The notes under the pieces were generated by a model that was not told the DNA's origin, did not search any database, and worked only from the letters and a program-made list of their open reading frames with translations. 64,000 bases of DNA from a virus (taxonomy: Duplodnaviria; Caudoviricetes), in the IMG/VR virus record IMGVR_UViG_3300012662_000009, positions 32,001-96,000 of that record; one strand, 5' to 3'. The position numbers were made by a program, and so were the translations under genes. Shown here piece by piece: positions 40,225-50,085 of the stretch (positions are counted from its first letter, which is position 1; each line of letters opens with the position of its first letter).

Positions 40225-41823
40225 TCATGCAAAGAGCGCATCAATGTCGTCGGTGGTAATTGTAACGAAATCTGTTATATTAGCTTTATTAGCAAGACTT
40301 GTAGTTACATCAGCTGCCTTAGCATAAGTTGTTGGAATAGCATCCAATTCATCTTCTACAGCTTTAAACCAATTGCCAGTCTTACCATCTACATCATCCT
40401 CGGTCTGGAAACCTATGCCAAATTCACGTTTAATATCACCTGTCGGAAGTGCAGTAATATTTAATGTCTGGTAAATTCCCCAGGAACCTCGAGTTTCGGA
40501 ATTATAACCAGTACCACCAATAGCAGCGGTATCTATATAAGGATATGCATTTTCAGCACTTATATAAACATCTTCCTTACCAGCATCTTTGTTCCAAGTG
40601 AATTTAAAATACTTACCTGCAGGTCTTTCATCAGTAGCATCAGCAGTAGCTATGGTTACTAATGTTACAGAATCTAAATCGGAATCTTTAACAAGAGCAC
40701 TTGCATCGAAATCGGACAGGACAGTTTCACCAGATTTTAATTGAACCTTCTTAGTGTCTGCATCATAATTTACATCGAGAGTTAAATCAGCGTTCTTAGA
40801 AGCATCTACTGTGAAAGAGGCTTTCTTGCTATTTAAGCTAATGGTTTCGATCTTATTGGGTTCACCACCGGCTGTTACAAGACTGTCAACTTTTTCTTCA
40901 AGAGTATCTACATCTGCAGCCTTAGCATAAGTTGTCGGAACAGCATCCAGTTCTTCATCAACTTTTGTAAACCAAGAACCATCAGCAAGAGAACCACCAG
41001 ACTTAACCCTAATAGTTCCATCGGAATCAGTAGTAGCTGTTAAAGTATCTGTTATCTTAACATTACCGCGGGTTGCACTGTGAAGACTAATGCCATCAGC
41101 ACTTCCGGCAAAAGTATATTCTTTGATAATATCCTTTACAGGAATATAAGTAGCTTCTTTACCAGCGTCTGTATTCCAAGTCAGCTTGATGTACTTACCT
41201 GCGGGGCGATCAACAGTAGCTTCTTCACCATCAGAAGGAACTGTGATGATCTCAGCGGAATTTAACATACCGTCCTTGATAAAGGCACTTGCATCAAATG
41301 ATGAAAGAATTGTATTGCCAGATTTCAAACGAACTTTCTTGGTGGTAGTATCATAATCCACATCAAGGGTTAAATCAGCGTTCTTAGCAGCATCTACTGT
41401 AAAGGATACTGCTTTACTATTTAAGCTAATTGTATCGATCTTATTGGGTTCACCGCCAGCTGTTACAAGACCGTCTACTTTGGAACTTAATTCTGAAAGA
41501 TTGTTGGTATTATTTTGAATATTTAATTTGTCCTGAGACGACATCAAACCATACTGATAGCCATCGAAAGTCGTAGGAGCTGCATTCGGAGTGTTAATCT
41601 TAAAGGTAGTAGTTTTTGATGCACCTTTGTTATCCTTATAGGAAATAACAAATTCGTCGGTGTTACCACCATTACTTGCAAAATCTTTTTGAGTCACACT
41701 TGTAATCTCCATTGCAGGAATAGCATCTACACCGGCTGCTACCTTAGAATCTATAACACCTTTGATCTTACCATCATAAGTGGTTAAGCCACCAAGATCT
41801 AAATATTTTACTTTATCTGCCAT
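40225..41823 (-). CDS. Putative fibre/decoration protein with an internal ~196-aa duplication
   Basis: KYLDLGGL start, YGLMSSQDK, two copies of LVTAGGEPNKI...PTTYAKAADV, ends ITTDDIDALFA. Confidence 0.65.
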   Translation of the reverse strand: MADKVKYLDLGGLTTYDGKIKGVIDSKVAAGVDAIPAMEITSVTQKDFASNGGNTDEFVISYKDNKGASKTTTFKINTPNAAPTTFDGYQYGLMSSQDKLNIQNNTNNLSELSSKVDGLVTAGGEPNKIDTISLNSKAVSFTVDAAKNADLTLDVDYDTTTKKVRLKSGNTILSSFDASAFIKDGMLNSAEIITVPSDGEEATVDRPAGKYIKLTWNTDAGKEATYIPVKDIIKEYTFAGSADGISLHSATRGNVKITDTLTATTDSDGTIRVKSGGSLADGSWFTKVDEELDAVPTTYAKAADVDTLEEKVDSLVTAGGEPNKIETISLNSKKASFTVDASKNADLTLDVNYDADTKKVQLKSGETVLSDFDASALVKDSDLDSVTLVTIATADATDERPAGKYFKFTWNKDAGKEDVYISAENAYPYIDTAAIGGTGYNSETRGSWGIYQTLNITALPTGDIKREFGIGFQTEDDVDGKTGNWFKAVEDELDAIPTTYAKAADVTTSLANKANITDFVTITTDDIDALFA

Positions 41824-41834
41824 TTATATAAATT

Positions 41835-42911
41835 TTATTTTGTATTTACAATATTATCTATTTCGGCTGCAGTAATTGAATTAATTTTAATAACACCAGA
41901 TTCTGTTAAAGAAACTTCAGAAGAACCTCCTTCGGCATCAGCATCTTCTACTACAGCTACCGCTTTGACATCTACTGTTTTATCGTCAGAAGGAGTTAGT
42001 TTAGTACCACCAACAGATACATAATCGATAACATTAGGTTCACCACCTACTTCAGTGATTTCCTTGATCTTATTTTCAATAGTCGTTACTTTAGTAGTGA
42101 GGTTTCCAAGATTAGTTTCAATAGTATCAACGCGAGTACCTAAACCAGTTATCTGTTGTTGAAGATCTGCAGGATCAAAGGCCACATCGAGTTCTCCCAG
42201 TTGCTCCCAGGTGTCATTTACATAAATATATTCTTTATATTTATTCTTATCACCTTGATGTTGAGCGTCTGCGAGTACTAAATAAATAGTCTTGGCGTTG
42301 ATTTCTGCAATGCCTTCCAAGGAATCAACTACTTCGAGCTTCCAAGTTTCTATAGCATTAAGCTTGCCTTCTAAGGATGTTTTAATACCATCTACGAAGT
42401 CATAAACCGCCTTAGTGGTGGGTGCTGTGGTAGTGGAGTCCTTAGCAGTTGTTACATCAGCGTCATAAGTAGGCGTCTCAATGGTTATATCAACAGCTTT
42501 GTCATTGATATCCAAAGCCTTACCATTAACCTTTACAACTTCTATCTTATTTTCAAGAGCTGTATGATCAATAGACTTAAGGGCATTTACATCAGTTTCG
42601 AGGGCCCCTACTTTTTGCTGGAGTTCTTCTATAGAAGCAGCTGCGTCAGAACCTATCTTTACAAGTGTACCCGCTTCGGAAGCTGTACCGATTTTAGAAA
42701 CGAAGTATATACCATTTTTGGAGGTATCTGTATCAGCTATAACAGATAATTGAAGACCTGCTATAGCGCTATCATTGGCGTCATCAACATAAGCCTGGGC
42801 ATCTGCAAGGGTGTCAAAGATTCTCTTGGAGATAGCAGGAGCTTTGCCTGTCATATTAAGGGTTAGACCCCAGCCATAATTTACTTGTGCATCAAAAATT
42901 TTTTCTGCCAT
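41835..42911 (-). CDS. Putative fibre protein
   Basis: Coiled coils, ENKIEVVKVNG, TIYLV...YKEYIYVNDTWEQLG, ends ITAAEIDNIV. Confidence 0.65.
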   Translation of the reverse strand: MAEKIFDAQVNYGWGLTLNMTGKAPAISKRIFDTLADAQAYVDDANDSAIAGLQLSVIADTDTSKNGIYFVSKIGTASEAGTLVKIGSDAAASIEELQQKVGALETDVNALKSIDHTALENKIEVVKVNGKALDINDKAVDITIETPTYDADVTTAKDSTTTAPTTKAVYDFVDGIKTSLEGKLNAIETWKLEVVDSLEGIAEINAKTIYLVLADAQHQGDKNKYKEYIYVNDTWEQLGELDVAFDPADLQQQITGLGTRVDTIETNLGNLTTKVTTIENKIKEITEVGGEPNVIDYVSVGGTKLTPSDDKTVDVKAVAVVEDADAEGGSSEVSLTESGVIKINSITAAEIDNIVNTK

Positions 42912-42930
42912 TTTCTTATATAAAATTTAT

Positions 42931-44139
42931 TTAAGCCTTAGCTAAGGTCATATTCTTGAACTCTACGGGGGAGTTATTGGTTATAGGATATATGTAAACA
43001 TTATAATTCTCCTTAACATCACCTGCAAGAGCAACCTCTACAGTACCAGTAACACTAAAAAGACCTAAGATATCAGCACCGAGGCCATTAGCTACAGAAG
43101 CAAGTTTATACTTGGCAGGACATGCTACGATGATAGATTTACCATTAGAAGTCACTGCAGTAGCATTTACAATAGTTGTAGTACCGTTAACTACACACCA
43201 CCCGGTCTTTGCATTGAGTGATCGGATAGCAGTGGAATCGAGTTGTGCTATTGTAGTAGCCTCGGCATAGCCCATAAAATATTTATAATTACCTGTAAAG
43301 GATATACCGTTGGAAGAAGTAACAGTACCAGCTGCAATAGTCACAGAAGATTCTGTACCGAAATTGGTAACAGGTTTAGCTGTGGATGCTCCATAAGCAC
43401 TCGAACATTTGTATGTTGTAGTACCTTCAGCAAGAACTACTGAATCTGTATTACCTGTAAGGTTTGCATTGCCTTTCTTATAAGTTACAGCGCCTTGCTC
43501 ACAACCTGCATCTAAAGTGTAACTATAACCCGTTTGACCTGTGAATTTACCGTCCGTATAAGTATTGCCTAATGTCACAGAAATTTCCGTACCGACTTCA
43601 TAAGTACCTGCAGTAGTGCCTGTAGAAGTAATTTTTACAGAAGGTTTAGTAGCAGTTACATCAATTTCCTTCATAAGAATCTGTGTAAGGATCTGGTCCA
43701 GAGTCATACCAGCGGTCAAAGTAGTACCATCAGCGAGATTACCAACGGTTACACCAGTAACGGTGATATCCTTAGAAAGTTCTGTATTGGCTGTAGAGGG
43801 GGATACCGCTATGTCTTCAAGGGCTACATAATCAGTCTTGGAACCACCATCAGTATTCCATAAGAACTTAATAAATTTACCAGAGGTCTTTTCCTCGCCA
43901 TTATAAGAAATTTTATTGTCCTCAGAAGCTTCTACTATAGATACATCCTCAAGCATTCCATCCTTGATAAAAGGAGATGCGTCTATAGTACCAGCGTCTT
44001 CACCATTAACTGTTAACTTAATAGAACCGTCTGTGTAACTGAGTTTTACATTCTCTTTTAATTCATTATTATCAACGAATTTCGACTCAATTTGTCCCCA
44101 GAGGTGTTTAAGTCCGGTTTCATCTAAATATTTTGTCAT
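42931..44139 (-). CDS. Putative fibre/structural protein
   Basis: KYLDETGL start, T/G-rich beta sequence, shares DAS.FIKDGML with 40225..41823. Confidence 0.65.
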   Translation of the reverse strand: MTKYLDETGLKHLWGQIESKFVDNNELKENVKLSYTDGSIKLTVNGEDAGTIDASPFIKDGMLEDVSIVEASEDNKISYNGEEKTSGKFIKFLWNTDGGSKTDYVALEDIAVSPSTANTELSKDITVTGVTVGNLADGTTLTAGMTLDQILTQILMKEIDVTATKPSVKITSTGTTAGTYEVGTEISVTLGNTYTDGKFTGQTGYSYTLDAGCEQGAVTYKKGNANLTGNTDSVVLAEGTTTYKCSSAYGASTAKPVTNFGTESSVTIAAGTVTSSNGISFTGNYKYFMGYAEATTIAQLDSTAIRSLNAKTGWCVVNGTTTIVNATAVTSNGKSIIVACPAKYKLASVANGLGADILGLFSVTGTVEVALAGDVKENYNVYIYPITNNSPVEFKNMTLAKA

Positions 44140-44154
44140 TGTTCTTTAATAAAT

Positions 44155-44997
44155 TTAATTATATTGGTTAATTATATCATCTATTTCATCAGTACTTATT
44201 GAATCTGTCACTGTTGTCTTCAAAATATCTTTCATATTCACTTCAGTGCCTTCTTCATTGGTCACATACACATCATCCTTAAAATGTAAATCGGAAGTAT
44301 AATTATAAGAGCCGTCCTCTTGTTTTGTAAAGGGTACTCCTGTAGGATTCAATTCGGCAGATATAGTATTATTCCTATTATTAATATCCATAAGAATAGT
44401 GTCAGTATCTTTACTTGTATATTGTGAACCACCCGCATTGTTTATAAGAGCTGCGCAAGAAATATATATAGGTTCTTGTTTAGAGGCTAAGAAAAGTCTT
44501 ATATAATATTCTGAAGGATTCAATCCTGATTTTATACCTGTTTCTGGATAATTCGGATTTTGATATTGATCTGTTCCATTATCAGAAGCTTTTATAATAT
44601 CTCCACTGAGAACCGAAGGAAGAGAGGGTAAGATATTTTCAAAGAGTTTATTAAAAACTTCTTGAGCACTTGTACCTGCTGGAATAGTATCTATATCCGG
44701 GTCATTATCTATATTATAAGGAGGTCTTAAATCATTCGTTGTAGTGGCTTCTGTATTAGCCGAAATAGTGTATTTATCGCCATCCTTAACAATCTTTATA
44801 CCAAGTCCTCCCTCTAAGACAATATTCTTAGTTGTCGTCAATTGATCTTTTATAATACTAGGATAATCACAAGGACATGTTCCTTCAGGCACAGTTCCAC
44901 CAGCTGCTATTATAGCATCTCTCAATTCTTCATCAAAATTATTAAATATCGAGTGTTCTACTAAACTGGCCATGTTTATTTCATTTTTCTTAATCAT
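44155..44997 (-). CDS. Putative fibre/structural protein
   Basis: 280 aa, ends ISTDEIDDII. Confidence 0.6.
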   Translation of the reverse strand: MIKKNEINMASLVEHSIFNNFDEELRDAIIAAGGTVPEGTCPCDYPSIIKDQLTTTKNIVLEGGLGIKIVKDGDKYTISANTEATTTNDLRPPYNIDNDPDIDTIPAGTSAQEVFNKLFENILPSLPSVLSGDIIKASDNGTDQYQNPNYPETGIKSGLNPSEYYIRLFLASKQEPIYISCAALINNAGGSQYTSKDTDTILMDINNRNNTISAELNPTGVPFTKQEDGSYNYTSDLHFKDDVYVTNEEGTEVNMKDILKTTVTDSISTDEIDDIINQYN

Positions 44998-45063
44998 ATA
45001 ATAAAAAAAATCAAGTCAAGGTTTCCTGGCTTGATTTTATGTATATTATATGTTTTATGGGTG

Positions 45064-45588
45064 TTATTCATATGTATCTTCTAAAAGATCTTTAAGTTTT
45101 TCATCATGAATAACAAGTTTTGTTAATATATATTTTTTTATCCTCTTAAACTCAAAATTAAATCTCATGCCTTTATATATAGATTCAAGTTCTTTATAGG
45201 TTTTATCATAACAAAAATGATCTATCCAGGCGCTTGTTATAGATGCTCCAAATTTACTTTTAATAGCCTCAGTAAGGTATTTATATAAATTATCTATGCT
45301 TATATTATAAGGTTCATCTATAATTTCTATATCATAATTTATGGGACCTATAAATATTTTCTTGCTTTGTACTTGCTTTAATTTATTTAGATAAGCCACC
45401 CATAAATATTTTACACATTGATTTTTATTAAACCCTCTATTACATGTTCCTTTAATACATCTTAAATAAACGTCTATAAAAATATCCTCATCAAACATAT
45501 ATCCGTGTTTGATTATATCATCTTGAAATTTTTCTTTAATATTTTCAAAGTCCATGGATAATATATCATTATGGTCGTCATCATCCAT
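45064..45588 (-). CDS. Hypothetical protein, weak ECF-sigma-like pattern
   Basis: EDIFIDVYLRC...YLWVAYLN...DKTYKELE; the size fits an ECF sigma. Confidence 0.35.
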   Translation of the reverse strand: MDDDDHNDILSMDFENIKEKFQDDIIKHGYMFDEDIFIDVYLRCIKGTCNRGFNKNQCVKYLWVAYLNKLKQVQSKKIFIGPINYDIEIIDEPYNISIDNLYKYLTEAIKSKFGASITSAWIDHFCYDKTYKELESIYKGMRFNFEFKRIKKYILTKLVIHDEKLKDLLEDTYE

Positions 45589-45590
45589 AA

Positions 45591-45932
45591 TTACCTAAAT
45601 GTATTTATAACATCTTCTTTAGTTATTCGAAGTGCTTTGTCGGGTAATATAGATTTTATAAAATCACTTTTAATCCAATTTCTTAGGTCGAGCACTATTC
45701 CATCAGACCCTAATATATTAGAATATTCTTCTATAATAGTTTTTGTGTCGATCTCACCATTTTCATCTGAAAAGAATTCTAAGAGATTATCAAATTTATG
45801 TTGGTTCTGTTTTACAACTATTTTTAATGTTGAATTTATAAGCCTCTCGCTAATACTTTTAGAACCAAAATAGTCATCTATAAGGTTATTAATACCATTT
45901 ACTGTCTTTATTTTAAATTCTGAAACTTTCAT
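45591..45932 (-). CDS. Hypothetical protein
   Basis: 113 aa, within an operon. Confidence 0.7.
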   Translation of the reverse strand: MKVSEFKIKTVNGINNLIDDYFGSKSISERLINSTLKIVVKQNQHKFDNLLEFFSDENGEIDTKTIIEEYSNILGSDGIVLDLRNWIKSDFIKSILPDKALRITKEDVINTFR

Positions 45933-45934
45933 AA

Positions 45935-46420
45935 TTATTTACCTTGCTTTAATTGTTTATATTCATTAAATGTTAAATCGGAGTAATTCTTTATATAATC
46001 ATTAAGTTCTGATAAATTCTTTTTATCTTTTTCAGTATGTTCTTTAGAGGTATTACTTATTATCTCCTTAAGTCTATTAATCTTCTGCACAGCTTCCGGA
46101 TTAGTGTTTATCTGCCATTTAACAGCCCTCATAATCTCACTTTGTATTAATTGTTGTATATATGCATTAAGCTGTACAAATTCTTCATTTTGTGCTAAGG
46201 AATCATTTATAGAACAGTCTAAATTCTTTAACAAATTATCAAGATCCCCCAAATGATCTTTTTGAGAAGGTTTATCGGGATACTGTGCTTGCATATTTTG
46301 ATATTGCAGAGCCATCATATCAATTTGTCTTTTGAGATCTTCAGGTTGTATATTGGAATGATTTTGAGGTATCATTTGACTATAAAGTAATGGATCCGAT
46401 CCAAAAACAAAGTTATTCAT
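45935..46420 (-). CDS. Hypothetical helical protein
   Basis: 161 aa, Q-rich N-terminus. Confidence 0.7.
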   Translation of the reverse strand: MNNFVFGSDPLLYSQMIPQNHSNIQPEDLKRQIDMMALQYQNMQAQYPDKPSQKDHLGDLDNLLKNLDCSINDSLAQNEEFVQLNAYIQQLIQSEIMRAVKWQINTNPEAVQKINRLKEIISNTSKEHTEKDKKNLSELNDYIKNYSDLTFNEYKQLKQGK

Positions 46421-46498
46421 ATTTATATATAAGTTTTTTTAATAAAACATATAGGGACCAGGATAACCCAATCCCTATATGTATTTTAAGAAGGTTTA

Positions 46499-47134
46499 TT
46501 AATTAGTTGTAGTAGTTGAGGTATTATTACAGGAGCAGCAACAATAACTGGGGTAACCTGTTACAGTGGGAGTAGAGGGTAATACAAGTTCACCATTAAT
46601 CATTCGAGCCGTTCTACGGAAGAGATTAAATTCTCCTACTAAACTTGCATTCTCGATTTTAGCGTTGATAAGAGCATCTTGATAGGGCCTTACAGCAGCC
46701 ATCATATCAACTTTCTTGTCAACTTCACCTATCTTCGCTAACAGATCATCTTTATTATCTCGTTGACCCTTATATAATGCAAAAGAGTCGTTTATATGAT
46801 TCTTATACAATCCCCATGCAGTATCAACATTCATCTTATAAAGATCAAAGAAGTTTTTATTCATCTGCTCACGATCAGCCATTTGTCCTTCGTAGTACTG
46901 TTTTGTCAGATCTATATAATCTTGACATTCTTTACGCTCTAAATAAAGATCTTCGCCAGCTTGTGCTATTTGAGCGTTTGAAGGCCCACCTAAACCCAAG
47001 AGACCACAACCTCTACCGAGACCACCAAGAGTTAAAAGACCCGCTAAAGAAGTACCTATAATACCAGTTGTAAGAGCAGCATTGACTTTTGCATTCGAAG
47101 GAGTTTCCTTATGATTTTCCATTACTTCAGCCAT
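46499..47134 (-). CDS. Hypothetical protein (Gly-rich hydrophobic N-terminus, coiled coil, Cys-rich tail)
   Basis: ALTTGIIGTSLAGLL; PSTPTVTGYPSYCCCSC. Confidence 0.75.
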   Translation of the reverse strand: MAEVMENHKETPSNAKVNAALTTGIIGTSLAGLLTLGGLGRGCGLLGLGGPSNAQIAQAGEDLYLERKECQDYIDLTKQYYEGQMADREQMNKNFFDLYKMNVDTAWGLYKNHINDSFALYKGQRDNKDDLLAKIGEVDKKVDMMAAVRPYQDALINAKIENASLVGEFNLFRRTARMINGELVLPSTPTVTGYPSYCCCSCNNTSTTTTN

Positions 47135-47260
47135 AATTTTTGTGTTTTTTTAATTTTTTTGTAATATTTTTGTAAAAGAGCTCTTTGATAATATAACTCT
47201 TTAGGATCTCCAATAATCCCAAACATATATATAACAATTAAAAAAGAAAAAGGACTATAA

Positions 47261-47284
47261 AAAAAGGAGCTTTCGCTCCTTTTT
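47261..47284 (-). terminator. Intrinsic terminator
   Basis: aaaaaggagc-tttc-gctccttttt. Confidence 0.8.
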
Positions 47285-47310
47285 ACAAAAATATTACAAA
47301 AAATTCTAAT

Positions 47311-48270
47311 TTACCACTCCATTCGTTCGTATAAGTATCTTGACCAGTCTCTTAGAGCATCATTTATGTAATTTTTATAGCCTTTTGTAGAATCATCTAT
47401 GATATACTGAAGTGCTTGGGAAAGTCTTCTTAAAATCAATTGCATAGCTGCTTGTTCATCTGTCTTGTCACAACCACAGTCTACAAAGTCTGATATATAA
47501 TCACATTTAGTTAATTTGAAGTTGCATTGCAGGATGTTATCTATATATTTTTTGAATTCCTTAATAAATTCTTTGGGATACTTCGTCCAAAAATCTACAG
47601 GAGAGAACATCTCAACCATTTTATTATAAATATTTCTTCTATATATAGCCAGAGTATCGCATATAGATAAAGAAGTGTTATATAAAGAACTTAAATTGGA
47701 ATTGCCGGCACATCCACAAGAACTTGTATTAATAGTATTTAAGTTTATATCAGTCTGACCAAATTCTGATAAGTATTTTACTACGAGATCATACATACCA
47801 TTCTTATAATATTCTAAGACATGGGTTTCTTCTTCAGTGTACATTTCATGGCATTGTTCTTCTTTATTATTCTCATCGAATTTAAGAAGTTGTGTAGCAA
47901 GCCATGAGCGGAATTTTTTGAGTTCGTCAATAGTTATGTCGTCATCCGAAACATATTCATTATGTAATCTATATAAAGTGGTGCAATTGATTTTATCAGT
48001 TTCCGCGATGTCAATATATTTTGTTATATTACACCCACAGGATTCATACATATCTATATAAGGGCAACCATAAGGCTTTGGATATGTACCGTCTTCTTTT
48101 TTAAGGAGTTTCGTGATATCCTCTTCACAGGCAACATATCCTTCATGTCTCATTAAGTCAAGGGGTACTATATATCTCATATGAATCCAATAAGCATATC
48201 TTCCTTTGAGATATTTATTGTAAAATTCGTCTCCTTCTTTTATAATATCTTTGAGTTTTATTAAATTCAT
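47311..48270 (-). CDS. Hypothetical protein with CxC motifs
   Basis: 319 aa containing SCGC, SCGC and DCGC. Confidence 0.7.
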   Translation of the reverse strand: MNLIKLKDIIKEGDEFYNKYLKGRYAYWIHMRYIVPLDLMRHEGYVACEEDITKLLKKEDGTYPKPYGCPYIDMYESCGCNITKYIDIAETDKINCTTLYRLHNEYVSDDDITIDELKKFRSWLATQLLKFDENNKEEQCHEMYTEEETHVLEYYKNGMYDLVVKYLSEFGQTDINLNTINTSSCGCAGNSNLSSLYNTSLSICDTLAIYRRNIYNKMVEMFSPVDFWTKYPKEFIKEFKKYIDNILQCNFKLTKCDYISDFVDCGCDKTDEQAAMQLILRRLSQALQYIIDDSTKGYKNYINDALRDWSRYLYERMEW

Positions 48271-48296
48271 TATATATAAATATTTTTTATTTCTTT

Positions 48297-49514
48297 TTAT
48301 GGAATACTGGGCGAGATTGGATTAGTTATTGTTACTGGTATATTAATATTTGATGTAGAAGACATTAATACATCGGTTGAAGGAATCATTTGCGTAGCAC
48401 TTGAAAGCTCTCCTGTAATAGATCCTATTTCGGAAGTAGCAAGTTCTGTCATAGTTCCAGCCATTTCAGTTATAGTTGTTGCATTCTTAGCGAGTCCCTC
48501 TGCATTGGCTATTACACTTAATGAATCTGCTATGATTTGATTGGCTTTACTAATCATTTCAGTTACTTGTGAGGCATATCCCTGGAGTTTTTCAATGCCA
48601 TTTTTAATACTTCCTAAGATACTATTTTTCTCGCTTAATTTTTTCGCAAGGTAATCTTCTGCTTTCTGTATTTGTTTCTTTATCCATTCTTCAACAGTCT
48701 TGAGCTGTTTTTGTATCCAGTCAGAGACTATTTTAATATATTTTTTAATCTTTTCTTTAATCTTCCTAATCTGCTCCTGAACCCATACTATAGAATGAGT
48801 CATCGAAGTCTGTAATTTTGAGATTGTTTTATTCGTACTTAAAAAATATATGGGTACTTCATCTTCACAACTATAATCATCTTCAAAAACTATATTAGGT
48901 TCTGCTACAGTACCTCCTTCTTGTGATGGAAGTGATGCCTCGTATTTTTTAACAGCTTCTATTTGTTCATTAAGATATCCTATATGTTCATCTGTCTTGG
49001 CAGCGGCATTATCAACCATAGCCGCAGCAACATCTAAGAAAGTAGTAGATGTGGTATTTGTAGGGCTTTTTGGTTGTGCTTTTATCCGCGATAGATCATC
49101 TTTCTGAACATTAAAGCATGGACATTGTTTTGTGTGATCAAATTCATTATGTCCATGTATAGTAGCATTAGGATATTTATTCTTGAGTTTTTGTACAAGA
49201 TTTTTTAACGATGCTATTTGCGCTGGCGTGCGGGTGTCTCCATATATATGATTATCTTTAGTACTACCCCTTAGCAATCCACCCACATAAGCTATTCCTA
49301 TAGAATGAGAATTATATCCTCTTGTATGAGCACCTATCTCAGATTCTGGTCGACCTGCGTGTACAGAGCCATCTTGATATATAACATAATGATATCCTAT
49401 TTTAGCAAATTTCTTCTCAGGGCCCCTATGATATCGATCAATATCAGCTACAGTAATCTTTGAATCCTGATAGTTTTCTGTGCAGTGTATTATAATTCTA
49501 TCTATGCGTCTCAT
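48297..49514 (-). CDS. N-acetylmuramoyl-L-alanine amidase (T7 lysozyme-like) with a long helical C-terminal extension
   Basis: IIIHCT, IGYHYVI, IGAHTRGYN, GHNEF...CPCF, followed by about 260 aa of mostly coiled-coil sequence. Confidence 0.85.
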   Translation of the reverse strand: MRRIDRIIIHCTENYQDSKITVADIDRYHRGPEKKFAKIGYHYVIYQDGSVHAGRPESEIGAHTRGYNSHSIGIAYVGGLLRGSTKDNHIYGDTRTPAQIASLKNLVQKLKNKYPNATIHGHNEFDHTKQCPCFNVQKDDLSRIKAQPKSPTNTTSTTFLDVAAAMVDNAAAKTDEHIGYLNEQIEAVKKYEASLPSQEGGTVAEPNIVFEDDYSCEDEVPIYFLSTNKTISKLQTSMTHSIVWVQEQIRKIKEKIKKYIKIVSDWIQKQLKTVEEWIKKQIQKAEDYLAKKLSEKNSILGSIKNGIEKLQGYASQVTEMISKANQIIADSLSVIANAEGLAKNATTITEMAGTMTELATSEIGSITGELSSATQMIPSTDVLMSSTSNINIPVTITNPISPSIP

Positions 49515-49924
49515 AAATTAATAAGTTCAGATTTCTGTACATCAAAAGAAGGGCATGCTTTATTGGCATATTCTCTATGACCGTGTATAGTAGCTTTAGG
49601 GTATTTCTTTTTAAGATCTTTTATAAGTTTTATTAAAGATTCTTTTTGAGCGGCTGTCCGAGTGTCTTTAGGTGTTTTACCATCTTTTGCTACACCACCA
49701 ATATAACACACCCCTATAGAATGTGCATTATGACCTAAGCAATGGGCTCCTATTTGAGACTCAGGACGACCTGCATGTATAGACCCATCAAGATATATAA
49801 CATAATGATATCCTATACATCTAAAACCTCTTTGTTTATGCCATTTATCAATATCTTCCACGGTTACGTTACGACCTTCGGGAGTAGCTGAGCAGTGTAT
49901 TATAATTTCGTTAATAGTTCTCAT
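49511..49924 (-). CDS. N-acetylmuramoyl-L-alanine amidase (endolysin, Amidase_2)
   Basis: IIIHCSAT, IGYHYVI, GAHCLGHN, GHREY..KACPSFDV. Start at MRTINE. Confidence 0.92.
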   Translation of the reverse strand: MRTINEIIIHCSATPEGRNVTVEDIDKWHKQRGFRCIGYHYVIYLDGSIHAGRPESQIGAHCLGHNAHSIGVCYIGGVAKDGKTPKDTRTAAQKESLIKLIKDLKKKYPKATIHGHREYANKACPSFDVQKSELINL

Positions 49925-50085
49925 TCTTATTCTTTTATAATATATATAATAAGATATCATGCAAATCTTATATAATACATTTTATGGGACTTACAAATGA
50001 CTTAAAACATTCTTTTATAATGTCTTAACAAAGATTTAATGGTTATTTTATTATTTAAGAAAAATTTCTAAATAAATTTTATAAT

